This document shows, piece by piece, positions 1-10,844 of a stretch of DNA of 50,996 nucleotides. Made by a program: the position numbers and the translations under genes. The notes beneath the pieces were generated by a model. That model had not been told where the DNA came from, did not search any database, and saw only the letters and a list, made by a program, of their open reading frames with translations. Source of the DNA: Octopus bimaculoides (taxonomy: Eukaryota); contig NC_068991.1 of assembly GCF_001194135.2 (NCBI RefSeq), forward strand, positions 54,867,629 through 54,918,624, written 5' to 3'. Position 1 is the first letter of the stretch. Every line of letters starts with the position of its first letter.

Positions 1-202
1 CTGGTGTTGCCTCCTGGTCCACAGTCAATCATCCAACCCATGCTAGCATGGAAAGCAGACGTTAAACGACGGTGATGATGATTATTTTTTTGAGGACCAC
101 TTTTTGATATTTTTTTTGAGGGCTACTACTTCTTCCTCTCCTTCTTCTTGTCTTTCTCTTTTTTGCTTCTGATGAAGAACTCATTTTTGAAACACGAAGA
201 TA

Positions 203-449
203 TTTACATTATTTACAATTGACGGATATTTGTCCTCATCTTGTTTGTTGTTAACACAACGTTTCGGTTGATATACCCTCCAGCCTTCATCAGGTGTCTT
301 GGAGAAATTTTAAACCTGGGTTCTCATTCCTAAGGTATTTTTTGATGTTGTTATTATTATTATTATTATTATGATTAAGGTCACTGCCTGGAATCGAACT
401 TGGAATCTTGGAGTTAGTAGCCCGCACTCTTAACCACTACGCCATATGC
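203..449 (-). mobile_element. Non-autonomous retroelement: tRNA-Ser-like Pol III head + (AAT)n linker + Penelope-like tail carrying a hammerhead ribozyme motif
   Basis: Minus strand reads GCATATGGCGTAGTGGTTAAG (A box) ... GTTCGATTCC (B box), then (AAT)n, then ...ACAC CTGATGA AGGCTG GAGGGTATAT CAACC GAAAC GTT GTGT. A second homologous copy lies at 46642-46908. Confidence 0.8.
254..297 (-). ncRNA. Minimal type I hammerhead ribozyme motif
   Basis: Intact cores CUGAUGA (293-287) and GAAAC (265-261). Stem I ACAC/GUGU; stem II GGCUG/CAACC (1 mismatch; CAGCC in the copy at 46985-46989); loopless palindromic stem III (AACGUU). Predicted cleavage after GUU, between 258 and 257. Activity not tested. 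Confidence 0.7.
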
Positions 450-548
450 TTCTCAGCCGTTGAATGAGTACCATATTCCTCATACTTTGATCTTTCTCAA
501 TTGTTCTTTCTGTTTGTTTTTTTGACTTTACACTACAGACACACACAC

Positions 549-583
<35 letters not shown>

Positions 584-909
584 CAATCATTTTAGATCTG
601 ATTATCATTTTCCCATGCTGACATCAATTGGAGTGTTTGACAGGATTCAACAGGTTGGNNNNNNNNNNNNNNNNNNNNNNNNNNNNNNNNNNNNNNNNNN
701 NNNNNNNNNNNNNNNNNNNNNNNNNNNNNNNNNNNNNNNNNNNNNNNNNNNNNNNNNNNNNNNNNNNNNNNNNNNNNNNNNNNNNNNNNNNNNNNNNNNN
801 NNNNNNNNNNNNNNNNNNNNNNNNNNNNNNNNNNNNNNNNNNNNNNNNNNNNNNNNNNNNNNNNNNNNNNNNNNNNNNNNNNNNNNNNNNNNNNNNNNNN
901 NNNNNNNCC

Positions 910-1700
910 ACCCCCACCTCGTGATGGTTGGAACAGATTTATTGTGAGAGGATGGAAATGGAGAGAATAACAGAGGAAACAGTTCGGGGTGGGAATAAGG
1001 GAGACGGGGAAACAGGGAAGGGAAGAGTAACATTAGGGAGGGGGACAAGGTAGTGAGGTAATGGAGTGGGTTGAGTAGGTGAAACCAGTGTTGAGGTGAG
1101 ACGGTCTGCCATACCAGAATGGGTTGGCTGGTTAACAAGGGTCCAAGTTGTGTGAGTTTATTTTTGAGAGAGGATGATAGCAGAGTGACTAATAGAGACA
1201 GGTTTAGGAAAGAAGAAAGAAGTGAGGGTGATAAATAATATTAGGTGGGGATAAAGAGTGATGGGACAGTGGAAAGGGTTGAATAGAAGGAGATGCAGCA
1301 CTACTCCACATTATAGATAGTTGTGTAGGAGATATAAGATGTGTGCAGCGGAGATATAAGATGATGATGAGGCACCAGGGTGTATCCTCAAAGTAACATA
1401 TCCAAGATGGTATTGTGACTGGAGAATTGAGGGGCGAGGGTAAGGTTGCCAAAGTGTAATCCCTGAATTATGATACCCAAGTATCATGATTCAGGAGGAA
1501 AGAAGAATATACACGGAGGAGGATTAAGGAAGGGAAATATACAATACACACAAATTTGGTAGTTTCCCCTCATTTGTGGGTAGGCCATGCCTGGAACTTG
1601 TAAACTGAAGAGATGATTGCTAAATGAGAGGTGCATCATAGACCTAGTGGTTAGATGGTGGGAATGTGAAGTTACAGAATTAGTAATAGACAGTGGCATG
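910..1700 (-). mobile_element. Heavily decayed Penelope-like retroelement RT fragment (putative)
   Basis: C/T-rich minus strand. HLSFSNHLFSLQVPGMAYPQMRGNY resembles the PLE RT motif B' (F.FN...Y.Q..G.AMG..M.P.YAN), followed by NLTLAPQFSSHNTILDMLL resembling motifs D/E. Many stops and frameshifts; comparison from recall only. Confidence 0.45.
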
Positions 1701-2169
1701 CATACACAAAACAATAAGTAAGGTGTAGTATGCACACTATCACATTATTCCAAGAAGTGTTTAACCATGTTTCACTAAACAATACTTTCTTCTGTTATCT
1801 TCTTGTTATTCTTTATCATATTATAACTGAAAGACTCATAATTTCCATATTCTGTGTTGTATGCTTCCATTTCTTCATCTGCCAATCTAAGCTTGTTCTC
1901 TCTGAAATATATTTTGAAATATTATACAGAAGTTATCAGAAATGCACTTATCTGTATGTTTTTATAAACAATCATGTGTCTGATACATGTATAAAGTGGC
2001 TGTTTCATGCTCATGTTTTTCATTTCATTTCTGACTGTCAAGGGAATACTCCAAACGTTTTAAAACTTCATGCAAGAGAGATCATTCTACATTGTTGTTT
2101 ATACTATAGTTAAAAACAGTTCTTTTGAAAACACTTTGAAACTAATGTTTTTTACTTCCTGAAAATCAA

Positions 2170-2935
2170 AGAGGCTCGTATGTACACGAAAGGTGCTTAG
2201 CTTCATGCATACAAGATGCTAACAACACAGTTCTTTGGTTTAAACCATTACTGCTTTGAAATGAAATTCTTCATTTTTCACTCAACCTACCATTCTTGTA
2301 TTGATTCCAGCATACCATTCTTTTACGGTTGTGCCATATCTACAATAGACCTAGTAGTTTTAAATTCATGAGGACTTGTCTCACTTAAGATCCATATAAA
2401 TTTCCACAAAGTTGTGCATTTTTTATCAAAGCTGACAAATGAACATTTGTTTCCATAAATCAATTTTTGAATGTCAATTTAATTGCCCTAATATATTGCT
2501 TGTTTAGCTTTGTACACTATCAGCTTTGCCAAACCTTCTTTTATACAATCCACCTGTTTGTTTATATGTTCCATTTAGCCTTGCAACATTATGATTGCTT
2601 ATATAACAACCTAAATTCTTACTGAGTAACTAACCTTAACACATTTTCTATACAATATATTACTAAATTTATGGCCTGGTGGAAAATAATCATCAATGAA
2701 ACTAAGGAATTCTTCAGCTATATTAGTTCTTACTTCTTGATAAAATACTGGGTTGTATCCATAAAGTTTTCCTATTCCTATTCTTATACTGTGTGCTCTC
2801 AGTGTTTTTACATATCTCATCTTATTGGAGAACCCACTATATTTGCGTGCTTCATTATAATACCCTGCTGCCCCCATAAAGACATCTTCATCATTTATAC
2901 ATTTTTCAGTTGAAGATACATGTATGCATATACAC
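2170..2935 (-). mobile_element. Penelope-like element fossil: post-RT linker and GIY-YIG endonuclease region
   Basis: ORF 2611-2946 contains GYYNEARKYSGF...YNPVFYQEVRTNIAEEFLSFIDDYFPPGHKFSNILYRKCVKVSYS, matching the PLE linker motif (FNPP...VKTNIG..FL.LIDKHFP..HKL.KIFNRNTVKVSYS). It continues with stops as LIVYKAK..IY*G...TTLWKFIWIL, a GIY-YIG-like region. Confidence 0.75.
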
Positions 2936-2956
2936 ATGCACAGCAATCATTTAGAC

Positions 2957-3236
2957 CAGGGTTTCCCAACCAGGGTCCACATGGAACCCCAGGGGTCCAC
3001 GAGTAAAAAATTGTAATTTGTGGGTCCATATATAAATTTCGTTTACTAGGAGATGTACCTGTATTTATTGAAATTTTCAAGATTTGTATTTGGAATAAAA
3101 CGAAATTGTTTCATTGTTAGTTTTTACTAACCTACAAATATTTTATTTCAAAAATTTACATGTGCATGTATGGGGTCCACAGAGGATAAGATAGCTCTCA
3201 AGGGATCCACAAGTAAAATAAGGTTGGGAACCCCTG
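2957..3236. mobile_element. hAT (Charlie-type) MITE, 280 bp
   Basis: 15-bp TIRs CAGGGTTTCCCAACC / GGTTGGGAACCCCTG (1 mismatch). Perfect 8-bp TSD ATTTAGAC (2949-2956 and 3237-3244). Repeated subterminal GGGTCCAC motifs. Confidence 0.9.
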
Positions 3237-3240
3237 ATTT

Positions 3241-3244
<4 letters not shown>

Positions 3245-3291
<47 letters not shown>

Positions 3292-3319
3292 ATAATATAG
3301 ATAGATAGATAGATAGATT

Positions 3320-3378
<59 letters not shown>

Positions 3379-3430
3379 CTATATATATATATACACATAT
3401 ATGCACACACACATACACACACACACATAC
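3245..3430. repeat. Compound microsatellite (TA)n/(TAGA)n/(CA)n
   Basis: Directly visible tandem repeats. Confidence 0.95.
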
Positions 3431-3657
3431 AAGCACTAGCAATTGCCACAATGTATGTGCATGTGAGCACATGAAGCATTCTACAAATGTCACTTGCTTT
3501 TCTTATCACTGCTATGGTGACCTGTTTAGAAGGCTCAGTGCCACCCATGTAAGAAGACATTGTATATGTAACTAGAAAGCATTATGCAAATGTTTGCATA
3601 ATTTGCATAATTTATTCAATATACAAATAAACCTCATCATTTTTAACTTGTATGTGT

Positions 3658-3785
3658 CATCATCATCATCATCATCATCATCGTTTAACGTCCGCTTTCC
3701 ATGCTAGCATGGGTTGGACGATTTGACTGAGGACTGGTGAAACCGGATGGCAACACCAGGCTCCAGTCTAATTTGGCAGAGTTTC
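3658..3785 (-). mobile_element. Young RTE LINE 3' end with (GAT)n tail
   Basis: Near-identical to copies at 33684-33790 and 34271-34386. The same terminus caps the RT-containing RTE fragment at 19361-20285. Confidence 0.8.
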
Positions 3786-4244
3786 CGTGTATATATTCTG
3801 TAGAAGATTTTTTTTAGCAGAATTTGTCTTGTTTTGTTATGGTTACTTCTCACATGTCTGTGAAGATTTATTTGAATTGTCATGCAAGGCAGACCAAGTC
3901 ATTTACACTAAGTAGCTTAAGTATTAGGTGAATACATTTTATAGAAAAACCAAAAGCAAAATGGTTATCATTGGAAGAATATTATTTAATTCTGTTTGAT
4001 GTTAAATCAATAAAGCTTATGTATGAGCATTAATTGTTCTGAGAATCTTAAATCTCATAAACACAGCAGAGAAGTGGCCATTCTTCCTGAAATAGCCATC
4101 ATGTAAGAAGAACTATATATCTCAGCATGACCTAACATTTTATAAAATCATGTAGAACCTATTATTTTTATTACATGTCCAACCCATACCAGCTGGGAAC
4201 ATGATCATTAAATGATGATGATGATGAGGATGATGATACTGGTA

Positions 4245-4982
4245 AAGGTAGTGAGCTGGTAGAATTGTTAGCTTACTGGATGAAACGCTTAGCTGTATTT
4301 CAACCATCGCTACATTCTGATTTCAGATTCTGCTGGGGTTGACTTTTGCCCTCCATCCTTTCGGGGTTGATAAATTAAGTACTAGTGAAACACTGGGGTT
4401 GATGCAATCGACTAGTTCCCTCTCACCAAATTTCAGGCCTTGTGCCTATAGTAGAAAAGATTAGTATTATTATTATTCCACCAAGGTTGGCTTTGCCTCT
4501 CATCATTTTGGGGTTGATAAAACAAATACCAGTTGAGCACTGGTGTCAATGTAATCAACATAGCCACTCCTCTGAACTTGCTGGCCTTGTGCCAAAATTT
4601 AAAACCATTGTTGTTATTATTATTATTGCTCATAGCAAATTTGTTGAAAGACGGGTGACTGTTGCAAGAATGGCCAGTATGAATGGACCAATTCTGAGAA
4701 TACACCTGTAAAAAAAAAGGTTAATATAAAAGGAGAAAGGGCTCTATACCCCTTTCTTATTTTTCTGACCAGGCTCCCGTGGCTTTTATGGGTTTTTCCA
4801 CGTGTAACCTTTCGAAGCACCTCCCCCTATTGGGAGTTTTATTTGTTGTACCTTTTCTGTTTTCCTCACTGTTTACACGAACGTTTTCTTTTCGGACAAA
4901 ACCCTTTGTAACCATCGTCCTGTCTTTGTCCTTACATGTTTTTAATTTATATTAGCCCTTGTGGCCAATAAAACCAGAATTA

Positions 4983-5024
<42 letters not shown>

Positions 5025-5470
5025 TAGCATGCTGGGCAAAATGCTTAGCGGTATTTTGTCTGCCACTACATTCTGAATTCAAATTCTACCAAGGTTGACT
5101 TTGCTTTTCATCCTTTCAGTGCCGATAAATTGTTTACCAGTGAATACTGGGGGTCGATGTAATCCACTAACCTGCTCCCCTAAAATTTCAGGCCTTGTGC
5201 CTTTCGTAGAAAGGTTTATTATTATTATTAGTAATGGTAGTAGTAAGTAAGGCGGTAAGCTGGCAGAATTGTTAGCACACTGGACAAAATACTTCGCAGT
5301 ATTTTGCCCATTGCTACGTTCTGAGTTCAAATTCCGCCGAAGTTGACTTTGCCTTTCATCCTTTCAGAGTCAATAAATTAAGTACCAGTTGTGTACAGGG
5401 GTCGATCTAATCGATTGGCCCCCTCCCCACAAATTTCAGGCCTCATTATTATTATTATCATTATTATTAA
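4245..5470 (+). mobile_element. Cluster of tRNA-derived SINE-A copies ((ATT)n tail), interrupted by a LINE 3' end
   Basis: Repeated ~230-bp unit AAGGCGGTGAGCTGGCAGAA...GAGTTCAAATTCC (B box)...GCCTTTCATCCTTTCGGGGTCGATAAA.TAAGTACC...(ATT)n. The central part resembles the Deu/Nin SINE domain (from recall). Confidence 0.85.
4628..4985 (+). mobile_element. L1-clade (Tx1-like) LINE 3' end, putative
   Basis: Short reading-frame end AHSKFVERRVTVARMASMNGPILRIHL* (stop at 4711), then ~270 nt of T-rich 3'UTR ending AGCCCTTGTGGCCAATAAA and (ATT)n; (ATT)n on both sides. Clade assignment is inference. Confidence 0.5.
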
Positions 5471-5831
5471 CAAGAACTCTTTCATGGCCATATTTTTATT
5501 AAACTCCACTGCCTATATTAATTAATTTCAAAATTAATCAAGAAATTAGAGGGTCTTTGTAAAATAATTAACTTTTTCATTATTAAACTGGTGTTTAGAG
5601 CGTAACAAAAACATTTCTGACAAAATTATGATGAAAGGTTTTAATTTAAACCTGAATATTTTAATATAGTTTGGTATCATAGGACAAGAGGCCATTGTGA
5701 GCTAATTGATATCAAAACAGTTAAATAAAAAATATCTCACTATCTTCCAAATTATTCTCTTAGTTTCTTTTTCTGATGACTTGATTTTGTTAGCTCGTTG
5801 TTTCTATTTTTGGATGTTTGGATAGGAAGTT

Positions 5832-6150
5832 TGTTTTCTGGCACTGCATCGGTTACGATGAGTGTCCTGATCGATCTGATCATCAGAACAGCCTGCCTAT
5901 GAAATTGACATAAAACTGGCTGAGCACTCCACAGACATGTGTACCCTTCACACATAGTTCTCGAGAAAATTCAGCATGACACACAATGTGACAATGCTGG
6001 GCCTTTGAAACACAAATACAACTCATTTTTGCCAGCTCAGTGGACTGGAACAACATGAAATAAAGTGGCTTGCTCAAGTAAACACCACTTAGCCAGAAAT
6101 TGAACTTGTGACCTTATGATCATGAGCCATATATCCTAGCCAATAAACCA
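5832..6150 (-). mobile_element. tRNA-headed SINE with Meta/CORE-like centre and the same 3' tail as the SINE at 43403
   Basis: Tail matches GTACACATGTCTGTGGAGTGCTCAGCCA...GCAGGCTGTTC...GATGCAGTGCCAG. Head contains a CTTGAGCAAGCCACTTTATTTCATGTTG-type domain also seen at 36588-36830. Confidence 0.7.
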
Positions 6151-6667
6151 TGTGGTCTGAGGTTCAATCCTATTGTGCAACACCTTAGGCTTCTAGTATA
6201 GAACTGGACCCACCAATGCCTTGTGAGTGGATTTGGTAGGAAACTGAATGAAGCTTGTTGTGTGTGTGTGTCTGATTGTTATAAAGGAATTTAATTCTTT
6301 CACACTATTCTGTGATAAAAATAATCATGTCTGGCCATGGGGAAATATTATCTTGCTTGGAAGCTGGAAAGCCAGCCATAGAAAATCTGCCTCAATAACC
6401 TCTGTCCAACCCATTAAAAGTGGACATTAAATGATGATGATGAGGATGATGTCAAAAAAATTGAAAACTTGTAATCCCTACATTGGTTTCATATTTTGGC
6501 ACAAGGCCAGCAAGTTCAGGGAATGACTGGTTTGAACATAAAATAGGTAGAATACTTGGGCCAGATATGGCCAGTTTGGATTCTAAAGGGTTAAGTAAGG
6601 AATTGCATTTTCTCTTTACATGTGTGTGTGTCTATATGTGCATGTGTTTACATTGTATGTGTTGTAT

Positions 6668-6699
<32 letters not shown>

Positions 6700-7364
6700 T
6701 GTATGTATGCTTGTGGTGTTATCTGATATAGAAGTTTGTTGTTTGTGCATGATGACACTTTTCTCAGAAGTGTCTTTAGAATCAAGGTGATATATTTTGG
6801 GACCATTTACTCGTTTCAGTCATTGAACTGTGACCAACTATTTGTTTCAGTCATTGGCACTGCCTTGAAAGGCGTAGTCAAACAAATCGACCCCAAGTAT
6901 CTATTTAAAAGTCTGGTACATATTTTGTCATTCTCTTTTGCAAAACTACTAGGTTACAGGACAAACACCAGTGGTGGTGAGGGACAAAGACACACACACA
7001 CACGCACACACATTTATGCACAATAAGCTTTCACACAATTTCCATCTACCAAATTCATTCACAAGGCATTGGTTCGCCCAGTGATCCAGTAGAAGACACT
7101 TGCCCCCAAAGTGCCATGCAGTGGGACTGAACCCCAAACCACCTAGCCATAATCTGATGCTTCCATTAGCCATGAAAATATTAAAAAATTAAAATACAAA
7201 ATAAAACATTTAAAAAAATATTTGCTTTCATTTGAAGACAAATGATGTGAAATCTGGATATGGAGTAAAATCTGTGTCATCACTTTTTAATTTTCAAGGT
7301 TTTTAGTCATTCACATCAAATCCAGTAATTATCTCAGTCTGATTTGTTTATCTTTTATGTTTTA

Positions 7365-8167
7365 CTTGTTTCAGTCATTAGATTGTGGTCATGCTGGATC
7401 ACCACCTTGAAGAAGTTTTAGTTGAATGAATCAACCCTAATACTTTTTTTCTTTTTTTTTTAAAGCCTGGTACTTATTCTGTCTCTTTTTCCAAACTGCT
7501 AATTTACGGGGATATAAACACACCAACACTGGTTGTCAAGTAGTGGTCAGGGACAAACACACACATACATGCACACACACATGTACAACAAGTTTATTTC
7601 ATTTTCTGTGTACCAAATCACTCACAAGGCTTTGGTCGGTCCAAGCTCTAGTAACAGACATCCAGCCAAGGTGCCACTCAGTGCAACTGAACTCAGAACT
7701 ACTGTGGTTGAAAAGCAAGCTTCGTACCACACAGCCATGCCTGCACTTATTCTTTCACTTGTTTCAGTCATTTGACTATGGCCATGCTGGAGCACTGCCT
7801 TTAGTCAAACAATTCAGCTCCAGGATTTATTCTTTGTAAGCCTAGTACTTATTCTATCAGTCTCTTTTACTGAACCGCTAAATTACAGGGATGTAAACAC
7901 ACCAACATCGGTTGTCAAGTAATGGTGGAGGGGATAGACACAGACACACAAATACACACACACACACACACACACACACTTATATGCACACACACACACA
8001 CATACGATGAGCTTCTTTCAGTTTCCGTCTACCAAATCCTCTCACAAGGCTTTGGTTGGCCCGAGGCTATAGTAGAAGACACTCACCCAAGGTGCCACGC
8101 AGTGGGACTGAACCCATAACCATGTAATTGGGAAGCAAGCTTCTTACCACACAGCCATACCTGTGCC
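7365..8167 (-). mobile_element. Two tandem SINE-B copies (tRNA/CORE-like head, internal (GT)n microsatellite)
   Basis: Unit CAGGCATGGCTGTGTGGTAAGAAGCTTGC...GGCACCTTGGG...(GT)n...CCAGCATGGCC.CAGTC.AATGACTGAAACAAG. More than 10 further copies in the window (e.g. 10016-10390, 10555-11022, 11940-12287, 16430-17385, 34030-34550, 37565-37880). Confidence 0.85.
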
Positions 8168-8558
8168 TATTATATCATCTATCTTTCTTTAATAAATGGC
8201 TATGTGAAACCTTTTTAACATAAAGGTACACACTGTTTTACACTAGCATGCACAACAAAAGCCTTGTGCTTGAGTGTGTGTTTGTGAGAGAAAGAAGAGG
8301 TGAGCTTCAGTATAGTTTTCATTTGGCAAATACTATTCAAAAGGCATTAATCATCTATACATGGTAGACCTGTTGCTTTCCCCCTATGTCATCTTTTATG
8401 ACTGTTTTCACTCTATAACTGTCCATTCAGCATTCACTCCTTCTGTTTGGCACATGGAAAGTAATCCATCTCCCTCCCACACATTTCTCCTTAAAGGAAA
8501 TTCAGTCATTGTTTGTAATATTGTGACCAACCATATAGAGGCACCATCACTAATTTAA

Positions 8559-8779
8559 CCCTTTAGCGTTTAAACCGGCAACATCAGGCCCAAACATTCT
8601 ACCTATTTTATGTTCAAATTGACCAGCTCTGGCTTCTCAAACTACCTTGTAATGTTTTTTCTAAAATATAACAATTACATCCACAAAATCTCGAAGCTAA
8701 AAGATAATGCATGATTATTTTAAAACAATGTGCATCAAATAAGCATTAAATCTGACAGAGTAATCTGAATTCTAAAGGG
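8559..8779. mobile_element. piggyBac-type MITE, 221 bp
   Basis: TTAA TSD on both sides (8555-8558, 8780-8783); termini CCCTTTAGC.../...CTAAAGGG. Related copies at ~25919-26159, 28075-28295, 50439-50613; partial copies at 6535-6595, 18150-18330, 19190-19350, 32878-33000, 44120-44215. Confidence 0.85.
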
Positions 8780-8949
8780 TTAAGGCAATGTAGATGTTAT
8801 TATCATCATCAATATCGTCATCATCATTTTAACTTGCATTTTCACCATAGAGCATACAGAACAATTCAAAATGATTAGAGCCAAAATTATAAAGGTAAAG
8901 ACTATGTCATGATTGAATAAATTCCATAAAAACCAATAATAATAGTTTT

Positions 8950-9603
8950 AAATTTTGGCACGAGGCCAGCAATTTCAGATGTAGGGTTAAGTCAATAACA
9001 TTGACCTCAGTGCTCAACTAGTATGTATTTTATTAACCCGAAAGGTTGAAAAGTAAAGTCAACTTCAGTGGAATATGAACTCATAGTATAAAAGCGGACA
9101 AAATGCAACTAAGCATTTTGCCCAGTGTGCTAACGATTCTTATTTCTTTATTGCCCACAAGGGGCTAAACATAGAGGGGACAAACAAGAACAGACAAAGG
9201 GATTAAGTCGATTACATCGACCCCATTGCGTAACTGGTACTTAATTTATCGACCCCGAAAGGATGAAAGGCAAAGTCGACCTCGGCGGAATTTGAACTCA
9301 GAACGTAACAGCAGACAAAATACCGCTAAACATTTCGCCCGGCGTGCTAACGATTCTGCTAGCTCACTACCTTAATGAAAACTAATAATAATCCTTTCTA
9401 TTATAGGCCAAGGCTTGAAATTCTGAGGGAGGGGTCTTAGTCGATTACATCGATCCCTGTGCATAACTAGTACTTATTTGATAGACCTTGATGAAAGGCA
9501 AAGTCGACCTTGGCGGAATTTGAATTCAGAACAGAGCGAAGAGTGAAATATTGCTAAGCATTTCATCCAGTGTGCTAACAATTCTGCCAGCTCACTGCCT
9601 TGC

Positions 9604-9644
<41 letters not shown>

Positions 9645-9875
9645 CTTTTCTACTGTAGGCACAAGGCCTGAAATTTTTAGGAAGGGAGCCAGTCGATTAG
9701 ATCGACCCCAGTATGCAACTAGTACTTAATTTATCAACCCCAAAAGATGAAAGGCAAAGACCTCGGTGGAATTTGAACTCAGAACATAAAGACAGACAAA
9801 ATACTGCTATGCATTTTGCCCGGCATGCTAACAATTCTGCCAGCTTGCTGCCTTAATGGAAACTAATAATAATAA
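8950..9875 (-). mobile_element. Head-to-tail array of four SINE-A copies
   Basis: Four consecutive same-orientation copies, mostly separated by short (AAT)n tracts. The second copy (9139-9373) has an alternative 3' tail. Confidence 0.85.
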
Positions 9876-10015
9876 TAATGATAACAATTACGATACTGTT
9901 GTCATTGTGGTTTGACTCCACAGCAACCATCATCAAACAGGTCTATAAGCCAAGACATTCCAGCCATGGTTGTCTTGTTTTTTTGTATGAATGCATATAC
10001 TACAGTATCATAGCC

Positions 10016-10390
10016 ACAGGCATGGCTGTGTGGTAAGAAGCTTGCTTCCCAACCACATGGTTTGTTGTTCAGTCCCACTGTGTGGCACCTTGAGCAAGTG
10101 TCCTCTACTATAGCCTCCGGATGACCAAAGCCTTGTGAGTGGATTTGGTAGACAGAAACTGAAAGAAGTCCATCATATATGTGTGTGTGTCTGTGGTTGT
10201 CCCCCACCACCTCTTGACAACCGGTGCTTGTGTGTTTACATCCCCATAACTTAACAAAAGCGACCAATAGAATAAGTTGCAGGCTTTTAAAAAAATAATA
10301 ATGGGGTTGATTCATTCAATTCGAAAATTCTCCAAGGTGGTGCCCCAGCATGGTCACAGTCTAATGACTGAAACAAGTAAAAGATAAAAA
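10016..10390 (+). mobile_element. Full-length SINE-B
   Basis: Complete unit from CACAGGCATGGCTGTGTGG to GACTGAAACAAGTAAAAGATAAAAA with internal (GT)n. Confidence 0.85.
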
Positions 10391-10791
10391 ATATTTAATG
10401 TGTTCTGAGCTTATATAAGATGACAGGAAGCAATTTGAGGGTGATCTGACTGCTTTTTCTAGCAAGTCAAGTGGTCACATGGAGAGCTCTTCATTGACTC
10501 ATTAACAATGTGTTTAGATATGGAGTGGTGGGGTGACAAACCTTTATCTTTTCTATTATCTTTTATTTGTTTAAGTCATTAAACTGTGGCCATGCTGGGG
10601 CATCACCTTGAAGAAGTTTTAGTTAAATGAATCAATTCCAGTACTTATTTTGTTTTTTAAGCCTGATACTTATTCTATCAGCTTCTTTTGCTGGACTGCT
10701 AAGTTATGGGGACATAAACACACCAACACTGGTTGTCAAGTGGGGTGTGGGGAGGACATAGACAGAAACAAACACACACACGCACACACAC

Positions 10792-10844
<53 letters not shown>

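Noticed and set aside
381-449. A genuine tRNA gene
   Set aside because: No paired acceptor stem, no Ser-type variable arm and no poly-T terminator; embedded in a repeat, so treated as a SINE head.
501-1138. Long ORFs spanning 659-907 (poly-His, X runs)
   Set aside because: Artefacts of a (CAT)n repeat and an N-gap; the same applies to ORFs across gaps 23070-23330 and 25307-25377.
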